Assembly: GCA_043228905.1 (NCBI GenBank)
Contig: JBHGNT010000010.1
Coordinates: forward strand, 4,464,001 to 4,528,000
DNA from: Azolla caroliniana
Taxonomy: Eukaryota; Plantae; Polypodiophyta
Direction of reading: 5' to 3'
Length of the DNA stretch: 64,000 nucleotides
Part shown: positions 28,926 through 41,795 of the stretch, piece after piece
Layout: each line of letters opens with the position of its first letter
Position numbering within the stretch: position 1 is the stretch's first letter
Notes under the pieces: generated by a model
What the model saw: the letters and a program-made list of their open reading frames with translations, nothing else
What the model was told of the DNA's origin: nothing
Databases searched by the model: none
Position numbers and translations under genes: made by a program

Positions 28926-31900
28926 TCAATTATCGGCAACACCAATCAAATTCAAGCAATGCTTGAACTTGATCCTTGGAAGAGGCTTCGTCAACATATT
29001 TGCGGGATTCTCATGAGTTGAAATCTTTTTCACTGAGATATCACCCCGCGAAATAATATCACGAACAAAGTGATACTTGAAATCGATGTGCTTAGTTCTT
29101 TCATGGAACATCTGATCTTTAGTCAAATGAATGACACTTTGACTATCACATAAAATGTTGATCTTGTCTGAACAAGAACTGAGCTCCCCAAGCAAGCCTC
29201 TTAACCAAATCCCTTCTTTAATCACCTCCTTCACTACAATGTACTCTGCCTCTGTAGTTGATAACGCAACCATGGGTTGCAACGAAGCTTTCCAGCTAAC
29301 TGCACTTCCACCCAGAGTGAATACATACCCTGTCCGTGATCTTCTTTTATCAAGATCACCAGCATAGTCAGAGTCAACATAGCCAACTAGAGAACTGTGA
29401 CTCCTGCCAAAATCTAAACAAGCGTCTGAAGTCCCACGCAAATATCTTAAAATCCATTTCACAGCATTCATGAGTTATTTTCCAAGACAAGCCATATATC
29501 TGTTGACCACACTCACAACATGTGAAATATCTGGACGTGTACAAACCATAACATACATCATGCTACCAATTGCACTGGAGTAGGGAACTCTTGCCATGTA
29601 TCTCTTTTCATTATCCAACTTTGGTGATAAAGAAGCTGATAACTTAAAATGCGTTGCAAACGGAGTCGATACTGTTTTAGCATTTTTCATACCAAACCTT
29701 TCCAACACTTTCTCAATATAACTCTTTTGAGTTAAATACAACTTTCCACCATTACGATCTCTTTCAATTTCCATGCCAAGGAGCCTTTTTGCTGCACCAA
29801 GATCCTTCATCTCGAACACTCTGTTCAACTGCTTCTTTAATTCTTCAATATCCAACATATTTTTAGCTGCAATCAACATGTCATCAACATAAAGAAGCAA
29901 ATAGATAAGTGAACTATCATGAGTCTTCCTGAAATAAACACAACTGTCATAACTGCTTCTTGAGTATCCACCAACCATAAAGGAATCAAATCACTTGTAC
30001 CACTATCTCGAAGACTGTTTTAAATTGTACAACGATTTCTTCAACAGGCAAACATGATCTTCTTTTCCTTCAACAACAAACCCTTTTGGTTGTTGCATGT
30101 AAATATCTTCTTCAAGTTCACCATGCAAAAATGTGGTTTTTACATCAAGTTATTCAAACTCCAAATCATGCATAGCAACTAATGCAAGCAAGACACGAAT
30201 AGAACTATGTTTCACAACAGGTGAGAAAATATCATTAAAATCAACACCTGGTACCTGACTATAACCTTTAGCTACTAACCGTGCCTTGTACCTTGCTTTC
30301 TCCACTCCAGGAATTCCTACCTTTATTTTGAAGATCCATTTACATCCAACAATCCTTTGTCTAGCTTGCGGCTTCACAAGTACCCAAGTTTCGTTTTTAT
30401 AAAGAGATTCAATTTCTTCTTGCATAGAAATCAACCACTTGGTGGAATCAACAGAAGAAACGGCTTCAGAGTAAGAAGTTGGCTCGCCAATAGAATTTGT
30501 TTCTTCTCCAACTGATAAAGCATATGCAACAAAATCATCATATCTCTGTGGTGGTCTAATTTCTCTTCTTGTTCTATCTCTTGCAATACTTCGTTCTTCC
30601 TTAGGAGGTGCTTCTTCTACGACAACAGGTCCAGGAGCAGGTGTTTCAGTCATCATTGGTGGACTTGGAACTTCAAGCTCCACCTGCTTCGATGTACTTC
30701 CTGTCTCATATGTATCAGAAGAAACCTCAGGCTCCTTTCTAGGATTCAGTAGAGTAGATTCATCAAAAGTAACATCTCTACTAATTGCAAATTTAGGTGA
30801 CTTAGGATCAAGACACCACAACCTATATCCTTTCACCCTAGAAGCATAACCAAGAAAAATACATTTCCTAGCTTGAGGCTCCAATTTTCCTTCACTAACA
30901 TGCATATAAGCAGGACATCCAAATATTCTCAAATTTGAATAATCAGCAGGTTTACCGAACTATACCTCTTCAGGAGTTTTGAACTCAATCACTATTGACG
31001 ATGAACAATTCACCAAGAAACATGTCGTGGAAACTGCTTCAGCCCAAAAGTCTTTGGACAACCCAACATTGGAAAGCATACAACGAGCCCTCTCCAAAAG
31101 AGTTATGTTCATGCGCTCAGCTACGCCATTCTACTGCGGTGATTTAACTACTGTGTGATGTCCATAAATTCCTTCAACCTCGCAAAACCTGTTAAAATCT
31201 CCTCCGTAGAATTCCAAACCATTATCAGTTCAAAATCTTCTAATCTACTTTCCTGTCTGCTTCTTGATCAGAATTTTCCACTTCTTGAAAGTATCAAACA
31301 CGTCACATTTGTGTTTAAGAAAATAAACCCAGACTTTTCTTGAAAAGTCATCAATAAAAGTCAAAAGATATCAAGCTCCTCCTTTTGATAAAACTGGTGT
31401 TGGTCCCTGATGAAGAGATACAGAAAAATGATAGAGAAGAGAGGAGGAGGAAAAAAGAATCCTTCAATATACTAATAAGAAAAGAATACAATGCTCTTAT
31501 ACTCTAAGAGTAACAAAAACCAAATAACTACTTAAATATAATATTAGACAAAAAAGTATTTCCTTCTTCACCCTTTCTTCTACTAAGCTTCTTATAACCC
31601 TCTTATTCTTTCTCCCTTCTTCTTGTAGATAATATATCCTCCCTTGTATATATTCTATTCTTCCTCCATCCCCCATATTGCTAAGAATACCGCACATTTA
31701 TAGGTTTTTAGTTGCGTTATTCTTGCTTTTTTCTTTTATTTTCTTTTACATATCCTCGAGTTTGTGTGGTGCGTTTTTCATATAATTATTTCTGGGTTTT
31801 CATACAATTTTTTCATACAAGAAATCTCTCTTTGTCAGCTTTCTTACAAATCTTTTCTTTTGAAATTTGGATAAGAGATGAAGAAGTTATGAGCTTTTTT

Positions 31901-33569
31901 CTCTACCCTGCTTTCTCTGCCTTATTATGCGTTTTTTTTCCTTCTATCTTTTCTCTTGCTCTTTCTACTTTTGGAAAACGCCTCTAACTTCATATCCCTT
32001 CAATTTTCTTTTTCACTTAATTCTTGAGCCTTTCACATTGTGCTTTATTCTTCTATACCTTCGCATCCAATGTATTTGTCACGGTCTTTTCCTATGAGCA
32101 AAAATTAACTTCACAGTCCCCACAAATCAGAGTGAATATAATCCAAAGAACCTCTAGTCTTATGGATTCCAGTGCCAAAGTTGAGTCTCTTCTGCTTTCC
32201 GAATACACAATGTTCACAAAAATCCATCTTTCCCGTACTTTAACCACAAAGTAGTCCTCATTTGCTGAACAAGGTTAAACCTTTCTCGCTCATATGCCCG
32301 AGCCTCATATGCCATAATTTCGTAACATCAGAGTCTGACATAGACGATGAAGAAATTGTTGCAGAACCTGTCACTGTCGAGCCATGTAATACGTATAGGC
32401 TTCCTACTTTTCTAGCCTTCATCACAACCAACGCACCTTTGCTAACTTTTAATACTCCACCTTCAACTGAGAACTTGCACCCGTTGGCGTCGAGGGTGCC
32501 CAATGAGATGAGATTCTTCTTCAAATCAGGAACATGCCTCACATCAGTCAATTTCTGACAATCCCATCAGCCATCCGGATCTGTACTGTTGCTATTCCAA
32601 TAGTTTTGCAAGGAGCATTATTCCCCATCAAAACTACTCCTCCATCAATAGACTTGTATGATGAAAACCAATCCTGATTGGGACACATATGATAAGAACA
32701 ACCAATATCCATAATCCATTCATCGTTCAGCTTGATTGGCTTTTCCGTCACAAGGAGCACATCAACATCGCCTCCTACTTTAGCAACAATAGACTTACCT
32801 GCATCCTCATTTCTATCTTGTGGAGTATTCTTTTTCCTTTGCAACTTATCACAATTCTTGCGAATGTGCACTGGTTCCTTACAGTGCCAACACACAACAG
32901 ATCTACTTCTGGATTTAGATCTAGATTTAGGCCTGTCTCTATTGTTCCCTTTTTGTTTAGATCTACCCTTACATATAAACCCTGTACCTGACTATCACTT
33001 GTTTGTCCAGTGATATCATGATCAATCTTTTCTTTAGTTTCCAAAGAAAATTTGACATATTTTAGAGAAATAGTATCCTTCCCGTACAACATAGTTTCTC
33101 TAAAATGTCTATATGAATGGGGTAACGAACACAACAACAACAATGCCTTATCTTCATCATCAATGGTAACATCGAGATTTTGCAAATCCATGATAATAGA
33201 TTCAAACTCATCAAGATGAGAACTGAGAGATGTACCTTCACTCATCCGTAGTGAACACAAGCATTGTTTCTTATAAAGCTTGTTCGTTAGAGTCTTTTTC
33301 AAATAGAGAGACTCCAATTTTTCCCATAGTGCCTTCGATGTCTTCTCAGAGATTACCTCCCGCAAAACTTCATTTGCCAAAGACAGTTGAATCGCTAAGC
33401 GGGCCTTCTCGTCCATCTCCTCCCACATGGTGTCCGTCATACCGTCGGGCCTTACATCTAAAGCCTTCTGAACTCCGTTCTGCACAAGGATCGCGCACAT
33501 CCTTACTTGCCAAAGCGAGAAGTTGATTTTTCGATCGAACTTCTCGACATCAAATTTTGTCGTCGACAT
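28926..33569 (-). pseudogene. Copia gag-pol (gag, protease, integrase, RT, RNase H) with frameshifts and stops
   Basis: Fragments 32775-33569 (MSTTKFDVEKFD..NFSLWQ), 32548-32895 ([15 protein letters not shown]), 32258-32551 (LWHMRLGH), 30150-30932 (FGCPAY, RYKARLVAKGYSQ), 29475-29978 (LLYVDDML) and 28926-29471 ([22 protein letters not shown]). Confidence 0.95.
31408..32115. mobile_element. Solo LTR (708 bp) nested in the Copia integrase
   Basis: Termini TGATGAAG...CTTCACA; TSD GTCCC at 31403-31407 and 32116-32120. Removing it restores integrase HSDLWGPTP. Confidence 0.88.
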
Positions 33570-35970
33570 CTTGACTTAACAAGAAAATACCAAAACTAAT
33601 GTACTAACAACCAGCGCTCTAATACCAGTTTGTTAGGCTGGCACTCAGATCAAATAGTACATTAGATTAAATAGACAACAATAATATGATAATATAGGAG
33701 CGGAGAAATAAATGACACGAGTATTTGCGTGGTTCGGCCAAATTAGAGAATGTCCACGGACAGGAAAGTGATTCCACTATAAGAAAATATAACAGAGAGT
33801 TTACAACAATTAGAGAAAATATTCTCTAATTAAACCCAACACCCAAGAGAATAACCTCACAATTCTCTCACAAGAATTTTCTCTCAAATAGTGTTTTTCC
33901 CAAACTCTCTAATTCTCTCAAATCTCACAAGCCTACAACTCTTGGTAGTCTTCAATTTTCGGATGCCCCATCAAATGACTAAGGCTGCCTTTATTTATAG
34001 CCCTCACTTCACCGACTTTTACGTAGTAATGATGCACGTGGGCTTCATATATTCACCAAGAGTGACAACTTTGCAATATAATTAACAAAGCATATAGCTT
34101 ACTCATTAAGTCTTTCAATTAGTCATCATGCTTTGTGTAGATCATGCAGATGAGAGACGTGGCTTTCCATAAACCACAACAATTAATTCAAGTCATTTTA
34201 ACACTGGGCAATGCATATACAATCTGTATCCTTTTCTATGTGTTTAAATCTGCTACATTTAGGGTTTCCTCTTGCAGAATTACCAAGGATTTGGTGCCAA
34301 GCTTTTGCTTTTAAGGGAGGAGGGTTAAACTTATGTGTTCAAGAGGAAAAAGCTTTATATGCATTTTGTTTGAAGAAATCTCTTTGGCAATGCATATGAT
34401 TTGAATCTTTTTTTTGTTGCAATCTGTTACATTATGATTTCGATCATGATGCCAACCCTTTGCATCTAATAAAGAAGGGTTAAATCTTGTTATGTAAGAA
34501 AACTTCTTCCTTTTGGGGTTATCAATTTTGCCAATGATATTGCAGGTATATATTAGCATTCCTATTCTTCATCCCAAATCAACTAAAGTGCAATTGTAAA
34601 TAAAGAAATAACCTTCTTTTAAAGTTGGGCATATGGTGGACTTACAACAAGAAGGTACAACAAACAAATGAACAAGAAGTAACATTTGAAGAACCACATC
34701 GCATATCAGCTGGGTTTAAGAATAATGGTGAGGTTAATAGTAATCATGGCATAAGTTCTAGAAAAACTCTCTCAACCTTGGGCTCAATTGTCATTCTACC
34801 GGGTTCTTCTAGCATTGCTACTTCCTCTATGATATCTATGCAGACTAATAAAGAAAGCAAGGGAAAAGAACAAAGACTCCACAATGAAGATGTTATCGAC
34901 CTGACAATGGATAAGTCCTATACAAAATGTGACCCAAACGTTACCTTTCAATGGCTTCTTAAAGCGCGGTCAACAACTAAAACAAACCACATAGAGGTTC
35001 CAATCAGAGAACTCGATGCCAAATGCTTGATGATGAGACATCTTCACAAGTTATTATACACACACCTACCAAAAAAACTTCTACTAAACATATATTTACC
35101 CGATATATGCCAGGTGGCTTGAATACTGAGGTGGATTTTTCCATGGGATTGAGTGTACCGGTACGTAAATCCTGGGAACTAAAGAATCCCCAAGGGGAAC
35201 AAAGAACTAATCTCTTGGGTAATGTTGAATGTAGTATAAAATCAACCGGAGTTTCTTTCTCTGAGAGAGATGATAAGCATATTAGGCTTGCATATTGCTC
35301 TAAAGAAGGTGAACAATCACAAACAACCACGTCATCAAAATCAGGGAAGGTTTTTTCCATGAGAAACCAGCGTTCTATGCATGCAGATCGAGCTAAATGT
35401 CGTCAAAAGTTCGAGCCACCAAGAATGCATCGTGGTCAAAATGGAAGTGGGTCTACATCAGGAATAATGTGAAGCCCCATTGTTGCAGATGATTTGCATC
35501 CTCCCACAATTGGACCGGCCCAAACTGATTCGGAATCAATAGATATGCAAAGCCAAATCATGTTTCTTCAAGAAGAATATAGTCGGTCAATGGTGTGTTT
35601 CTGCTGATGTCTTTCCTTTTTCTTTTATTTTTCCATACAAATCCATATATGTGCATTGGATCAAGCATATTGTATGATCTCAATAACCAACTTCTATTGA
35701 TTTTTTATGATAACTAGGATGATGCTCAACTTGCAAGAATGTTGCACGAAGAAGAGAATGCAAAAAGGAGACAGAGAACTCAACCGTCTGCTCATGTTGT
35801 ATATTAACTTCTATATTATGAAGAAACATGATCGATATGTTTAGGTACATGAAGTAATATACATATGTGAGGTATTTACTTAATTTTGGCAGCCAAGCAT
35901 ATCAGTTGTGCAAGTAACTCAGAGGGAACTGCCAAGATTTCTACCTTTGACTATACCTCTTTCACCCATG

Positions 35971-36878
35971 TGTTGTCGAGAAGATTGTGGTTGTGTGTCG
36001 CAACCGCCGGGGTTCTGTGACTCAGGGATGATCAGGGTGAAAACGCGTAATCACAAATGGTGCGATGACAAGAAGCCGAGAAGGCAAGATAAATGCAGCA
36101 TTGTTGCGAAAAGAATTTTATTTGTAAAACAACCAGTCAAAACATTTATTTGCCAAAAGTTACTTGGCAAGACTTGAAATCACAAACTCTATTTGAGAAG
36201 AAGCATTTGAGATAGACCACTTCAATCTCTTTCACTTTATATATACTAAATTTATATTACAAAATTTGATTACCAAAAGAAGTTATTCTAAGAGGATTCA
36301 AACTCACAATCTTTTGTTTACAAAGAGGCGTTTGAAATATATCACTTCAACTTCTTCCTTTTGTTCTACTTCTTTTCTTTTCTTTAAATGTTGTCTTGAT
36401 TTCTGTAGGCCACCATCTTCTTTGGCGAGCTCTGCATCTTACACCCACGCGAGTTTCTTCACTCACTTTTCCTTTCTCTTCTTCTCCTCTTTTCCCCCTT
36501 CTCTTTAGCCACCCATAGGCGTGACTTATATAGGGTGGTCAATCGCCCTACCACCCTCTTGAGGCGGTTGACAAACTGCCTCATGTAAGCGGTTGTATTT
36601 TTATTTTTATTTTTCTTTCTTTATTATTTATTTATTTATTGATGCTACAATTCAATTTTATAGTTCTATATTTGAGAAATTATAGAAATAGCCCTCATTT
36701 AATTTTGACTCCCCCTTTTGACATAATTACATTTTTGTCCCAAGTAACATTAATCCTTTCGAGGCTTGTATCTTGGGCTTCTGAACTCCGATTCACGAAC
36801 CGAAAATTCCTTCATGCTCCTTGTCATAAGCTCCAGATGGGAAATGTACTTCTATAGATTTTTGACATTGTTTTCACA
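35971..36878 (-). mobile_element. Solo LTR (908 bp) inserted in a coding exon of the RING gene
   Basis: TGTTG...TTCACA termini; minus-strand TATA (TTATATAGG near 36526); diverged TSD CCATG (35966-35970) / TCGTG (36879-36883). The exon reading frame resumes after it. Confidence 0.72.
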
Positions 36879-38092
36879 TCGTGAAGTGTCAACTTCACGA
36901 CAGCGTACAGAAACTTCTTCACGGATGAGAATTCTAAGAAACATCCACAATATGCATGTAAGAGGTGGTCGAGGTAGAGGTCATGTTCGTGGTCATGAAC
37001 ATGTTCACGGACAAGAAAGAGCAGAGAATACCACTGACAATTTGTATCATTCCCCAGAAGGTGTAGGTTTGAATGCAGTAAGATGTCTATCCACTTTGTT
37101 TCTTTGGTCTTTTGTGCTTGCCCACAAAGGAACCCTATCACATACATCTGGTTTAATTAAATGTGTCCTAAGCACATAGACATGCTTGATGTAAGGTATC
37201 TTCTTAACGACATATAATATTCTATATGTATGATGTGCACACATGTTGAGTATACATCCATGTACTTATGTATGTACAGATCCACATCTGAAATAGAGCT
37301 TCTTGTGCACACATGTATGCAGTTATGAATGTATGTATGATGTCCCAACCCACATGCTAATTGCACTCACAGACAAGTGCCATGGATTTATGTATGATTT
37401 GATATACATGCTTTTTATACATATACATCCTCCTATAGGGAAAGACATTGAATACTGGTAATTATATATGATGAGAAAGAAGATGTAATATGTGAGGTCT
37501 AAATGGTTTTGCAGAGTTTGGAGCTCTTAGCTGCCATGGAGGTGGTGTCACAAGGAGGCGTTCCATTACTTGCGCATGTTGATTGGGATTTCAGTGAGTG
37601 TGTTGTGTCTTTCACTTATTCCCATAAAAAGCTAATATCGTTGATAAGGGTTTGATGATTTGGTATAGGAATGACTATGAGATGTTGCTTGCTTTGGATG
37701 ATACCATTGGTTCACATCATTCTGGTGCATCGAATAACCAGATTGAGCAGCTACCTATTTCTGTAATCCAGGTAAATATCTTGCTTCAAGAGTTTTTTTA
37801 TTGCCTATATCAAAAGAAATGTACCAAGATTTGTCCACTGTACACGTCCTTATTATAGTTATAAGTTATAACACCTCTGTTGCAAAGTATTGTCAAGTAA
37901 TGTTATGTAGCTAGTTTAATAGGATCATTGTCCATTAACCTATTCATTCTGAACAGCCCACAGATGTTTGTGAGGCATGCTTGATATGCCTCGAGATTCC
38001 GGCTGTGGGAGATGTAGTTCGGCGCTTGCCTTGTATGCATTGTTTTCACCAACAGGTCTTTATTTCAATCCCTGTTCTGATAAATTTCTCTA

Positions 38093-38735
38093 AAAGATGA
38101 TTTATTTACTGATCATGAAAAAATGGTTGATTTTTCCAGTGCATTGATACATGGCTAGCTCAACAGGCGAAAATGCCCCATTTGTAAAGTGAGCTTGTGA
38201 TGTGGAAATGCAATTCAAACAATGGACATTAATAGAAAATTTAGCAAGTCCCATAATTTGACTTTGTATATTTCAAGAATTCTACTGAATTTAATGTTGC
38301 TGATATGTATTTTTGATGTTTTTGCCAATGATTATTACCAAGAGAATCAAAATTATGATTATGAAATTATGATTCAAGCATTGTATTCATATTCAGCAGT
38401 GCATTCCCATGAAAGATGATTTATTTACCAATCATGAAAAAATGGTTGATTTTTCCAGTGCATTGATACATGGCTAGCTCAACAGGCGAAATGCCCTGTT
38501 TGTAAAATGAGGTTGTGAATCGTGATGTGGAAATGCAATTCAAACAATGGATATTAATGGGGTCCAACTTCTTAAAAATTCAGCAAGTCCCATAATTTGA
38601 CTTTGTATATTTCAAGAATTCTACTGAATTTTCTGTTGCTGATTGTATTGTTGATGTTTTTGCCACTGCTTATTTACCAAGACAACCAAAATTTTGTTTA
38701 TGAAATTATGCTACAAGCATTGTATTCATATTCAG
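38093..38735 (+). repeat. Tandem duplication of about 320 bp containing the last intron end, last exon and 3' UTR of the RING gene
   Basis: AAAGATGATTTATTTAC...CATTGTATTCATATTCAGC occurs at about 38093-38397 and 38412-38735. Confidence 0.88.
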
Positions 38736-38847
38736 CCTGCAAAATGTTTAGTCCACTGTACATGCGAAACTAGAAACATAAAGATTTTTACAATGTTTCC
38801 ATCAAATCCATTGTTTGCGACTTTAAAGCCATGGTTGTAAGTTTCAA

Positions 38848-39050
38848 AGCCCAAGGTTTACCACAGATCAAGTTAGATTAGGAAGTTTTCATAAGGTAAC
38901 TTTAGGGATCTATAATCAATTATTTTGTCAAAACAAATTGATTTGGAAGCCCAAGGTTTACCACAAATCAAGTTAGATTAGGAAGTTTTCATAAGGTAAC
39001 TTTAGGGATCTATAATCAATTATTTTGTCAAAACAAATTGATTTGGAAGC
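38848..39050. repeat. Tandem duplication, 2 x about 100 bp
   Basis: AGCCCAAGGTTTACCACA...GATTTGGAAGC repeated. Confidence 0.9.
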
Positions 39051-39966
39051 ATTTACAAGAATGCCATTTGAACCTAATAATGGTTCTTATGATTACAGAT
39101 ATCTTATAAGCATATAACAATTATAGCTTTGATTTATTTTTTCAACTTTTGAATATAATGCATGTGTTGATATAGAAACAATCTTTATTTGATAAGCATG
39201 TGTCTACTTTTTAGATGTAGTCTTGTTGAGGGATACTTGAAAGTTGCAAGGTCGTTACTAGTCCTTAAATTGAATGTTCATTGCCACAGTGAATTAATTT
39301 AAAATAGGTATCATTGCTCTGTTACACATGCACATAAATCGAACACATTGGTCCAAAGGTTTGTGTAATTAAGCAAAAAAGAAGCCTGACCTTTGAGGCT
39401 AACACAAATAGAATAGGCTACCTTTCATTCAAAGATTGTAAATTCCTACCATCCTACAATATTTGCGAGCAATCAATCATTTGCAAATTGACACATTTCA
39501 AATGAATTATATTTTTAGCACTTCAAAAGGGTGTAGTATACAAGCTTTATGTTATATCACATTGTAAAATATCCACCTGACTTATCGTAGATTAATTTAA
39601 ATGTAATCTCAACAAGACCTCCATAAACGGTTGTTGGATGTTGCCCACTACAAATTGTTTCTAAGGCCAATGCTTGTTTTTACTTCACAATTGCATTTTC
39701 TATGGATTTTTCCATGTTTAACAATGTAAGGGTCTGACATATGTCATAAACTGAATTCTGCCCATGCCACATGTGACACCAACAAAAATATACATGCTTT
39801 TTTATTCAATGTCATGAGTCATATCAGGCATGTTTTGGGTTGATTTACCAATTATGTGTGTTATTTCTTCTAAGGTTCATTATTTTGCAACCCATTGGAC
39901 ACTCTTTAAAGATACAGAATACATGCACTATGATACATTTCATTTTACATAGAGACACGCTCTGAA

Positions 39967-41646
39967 TCATGCTAGCTTAAGCTTATGTACATTAGCATCT
40001 GCATAGAGGCATGACAAAAGTTCATAATTTGTTGCATCTTCAGGGTCTATCTCCACACCACGATCAAAGCACATCTGTCCAAGATTAATGCTACCATGCG
40101 TTTTGCAGCTGGTCAATAGAGACTTCCAAGTGATCCCATCTGGGGGCAATGGCATAATTTCAAAAAATTGTCCGGCCTCTTTTAAGAGTCCTGATCGCCC
40201 AAAAAGATCAATCAAACAGCTATAATGTTGAATATTGGGCTTAATGCTGAATTGCTCGACCATTACATGGAAGTACTTTTGAGCCTCTTGTGTTGATCCA
40301 GCACGACTACAGGCTGCAAATATACTTGTGAAAATAACATCATTTGGTTTAAATCCTTTCTTATTCATGTCATTAAGGAAGTGCAATACAATATTGAATT
40401 TGCCGACCTGGGCATACCCAGCAACTAATGCCCCCCAAGACACTATATCTTTCTTAGGCAACCAAATAAACACTCGATTACCTTCATCAGGCATTCCACA
40501 CTTTGCATATAAATCAACTAACGAGTTTCCAATCTCCAAATCTGATTGAAACCCATCTTGTATAATTTGATCATGTATGTACCATCCTTGAACTATGGCT
40601 AATAAATTGATGCATCCTTTGAGAACACACAGATATGTCACCTTGCTTGGCTTGATACCCTCCTCTTTCATTCTACAAAAGCTTTCGAAGACCACAGCAT
40701 CGTATCCATGTTGTACATAGCCAGAGAGGAGTGCACTCCAAGATACTGCATCTCTTCTGGAGAATCTATGAAGCATTTTAAAAGCCTCGCCTAAGCTTCC
40801 ACACTTTGCATACATGTCAATAAGAGTATTAGCAATTGTCAAGTCTTCCTCAAGTCTGTCTTTTATAATTTCAGTATGTATTAACCTTCCTAATTCTAAG
40901 ATTTGTGTATGCCCACATGCTTTCATGATGCACAAGTATATGACTCGATCAGGTTTGACACCTTCAATCTTCATATCCTCGAAAAGGTTAAGAGCCATGA
41001 GATGAAATTCATGTTGGATATATCCAGTCATTAGGACAGCCCAAGAGACAACATCCTTAGGATGCAATCCTTTAAAAAGTTTCAATGCATCTCTCAAAGA
41101 CCCACATTTGGCATTGATATCAACAAGGGCGCTAGCAAGGACAACATCAGATTCAAGCCCATGAAGCACAACCTGGTGGTGAACATACCTTCTTCTAGAA
41201 GCATTCAAACCACAACATTTTAGGAGGCTCAAAAGCATGACACGATCGGGACCAGAACAGCATTCTCTATTTATGTTTTTCATCTTGTCCATCACACTAC
41301 ATTCTCTCTTCGTATTTTCCATAATCGACTTCATCATCATAGTTTCGTACAAAGAGAAAACATTCTCGGGATCCCCTAGCTTCGCATGAGCAGAAATGAT
41401 TGCATTCCATGTGTAAATTGAAGGTTGAGAAACTCGGGAAAACACTCGGCTTGATTCAACCAAACTCCGACATGAGGTGAAAAGGCGGATAAGGTGATCT
41501 GCCCAAAATGGGATGGAATCTAAACCGTGGTGTATCAATGTGGCATGCAAAGCTCTGCCCTCTGTTAGATCCTTCTTCAGAGTACATTTATGCAGAAGAG
41601 ACAAAGTTTCAGATATCAGACTTGGCAGTGTGAATGATGATCGCAT
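39967..41646 (-). CDS. Pentatricopeptide repeat protein, PLS class with E-domain start and no DYW; intronless
   Basis: 559-aa ORF with PLS motifs (ANTLIDMYAKCGSL, DAVSWSALLSGYVQHG, GNSLVDLYAKCG, HYSCLIDLFGRSG, WKSLLTSCKTHG) ending ATNYELLSCLYA. Confidence 0.93.
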   Translation of the reverse strand: MRSSFTLPSLISETLSLLHKCTLKKDLTEGRALHATLIHHGLDSIPFWADHLIRLFTSCRSLVESSRVFSRVSQPSIYTWNAIISAHAKLGDPENVFSLYETMMMKSIMENTKRECSVMDKMKNINRECCSGPDRVMLLSLLKCCGLNASRRRYVHHQVVLHGLESDVVLASALVDINAKCGSLRDALKLFKGLHPKDVVSWAVLMTGYIQHEFHLMALNLFEDMKIEGVKPDRVIYLCIMKACGHTQILELGRLIHTEIIKDRLEEDLTIANTLIDMYAKCGSLGEAFKMLHRFSRRDAVSWSALLSGYVQHGYDAVVFESFCRMKEEGIKPSKVTYLCVLKGCINLLAIVQGWYIHDQIIQDGFQSDLEIGNSLVDLYAKCGMPDEGNRVFIWLPKKDIVSWGALVAGYAQVGKFNIVLHFLNDMNKKGFKPNDVIFTSIFAACSRAGSTQEAQKYFHVMVEQFSIKPNIQHYSCLIDLFGRSGLLKEAGQFFEIMPLPPDGITWKSLLTSCKTHGSINLGQMCFDRGVEIDPEDATNYELLSCLYADANVHKLKLA

Positions 41647-41795
41647 CAGAGAGACCCAATATATCTGTCTGTCTGTCTGTCTGTCTCGCTCTACAATCTA
41701 CACATACATGATAGATATATACTAATCAGCCTACACAGAGCATATATTTTCCTGCTCTATGAAGAGTAAGCAAACTTATGTATGTATTATGTATA

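Larger units (their letters stand above)
28299..34203 (-). mobile_element. Full-length Ty1/copia LTR retrotransposon (Tork/Tnt1-like), disabled, in the 5'-UTR intron of the RING gene
   Basis: 5' LTR 33631-34203 and 3' LTR 28299-28869 (TG...CA; about 18 substitutions plus a 2-bp indel by eye). TSD CTGGG at 28294-28298 and 34204-34208. PBS TGGTATTAGAGC (tRNA-iMet) at 33616-33627; PPT AGTCAAGGTGGAGAT at about 28871-28885. Confidence 0.96.
27990..38518 (+). pseudogene. RING-H2 E3 ubiquitin ligase pseudogene (DFxENDYEMLLALD family; AT1G04790-like from memory)
   Basis: Probable UTR exon ends at 28076 (GTAAGT). The large exon at about 34630-35592 has a frameshift near 35020 and an in-frame TGA at 35470-35472. 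Later exons: 35718-35798, 35893-37077 (split by a solo LTR), 37515-37597, 37669-37771 (ENDYEMLLALDD..GASNNQIEQLP), 37957-38055 (CLICLE..RRLPCMHCFHQQ), and a last exon in two copies, 38140 (frameshifted) and 38459-38518 (CIDTWLAQQAKCPVCK). Confidence 0.8.
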
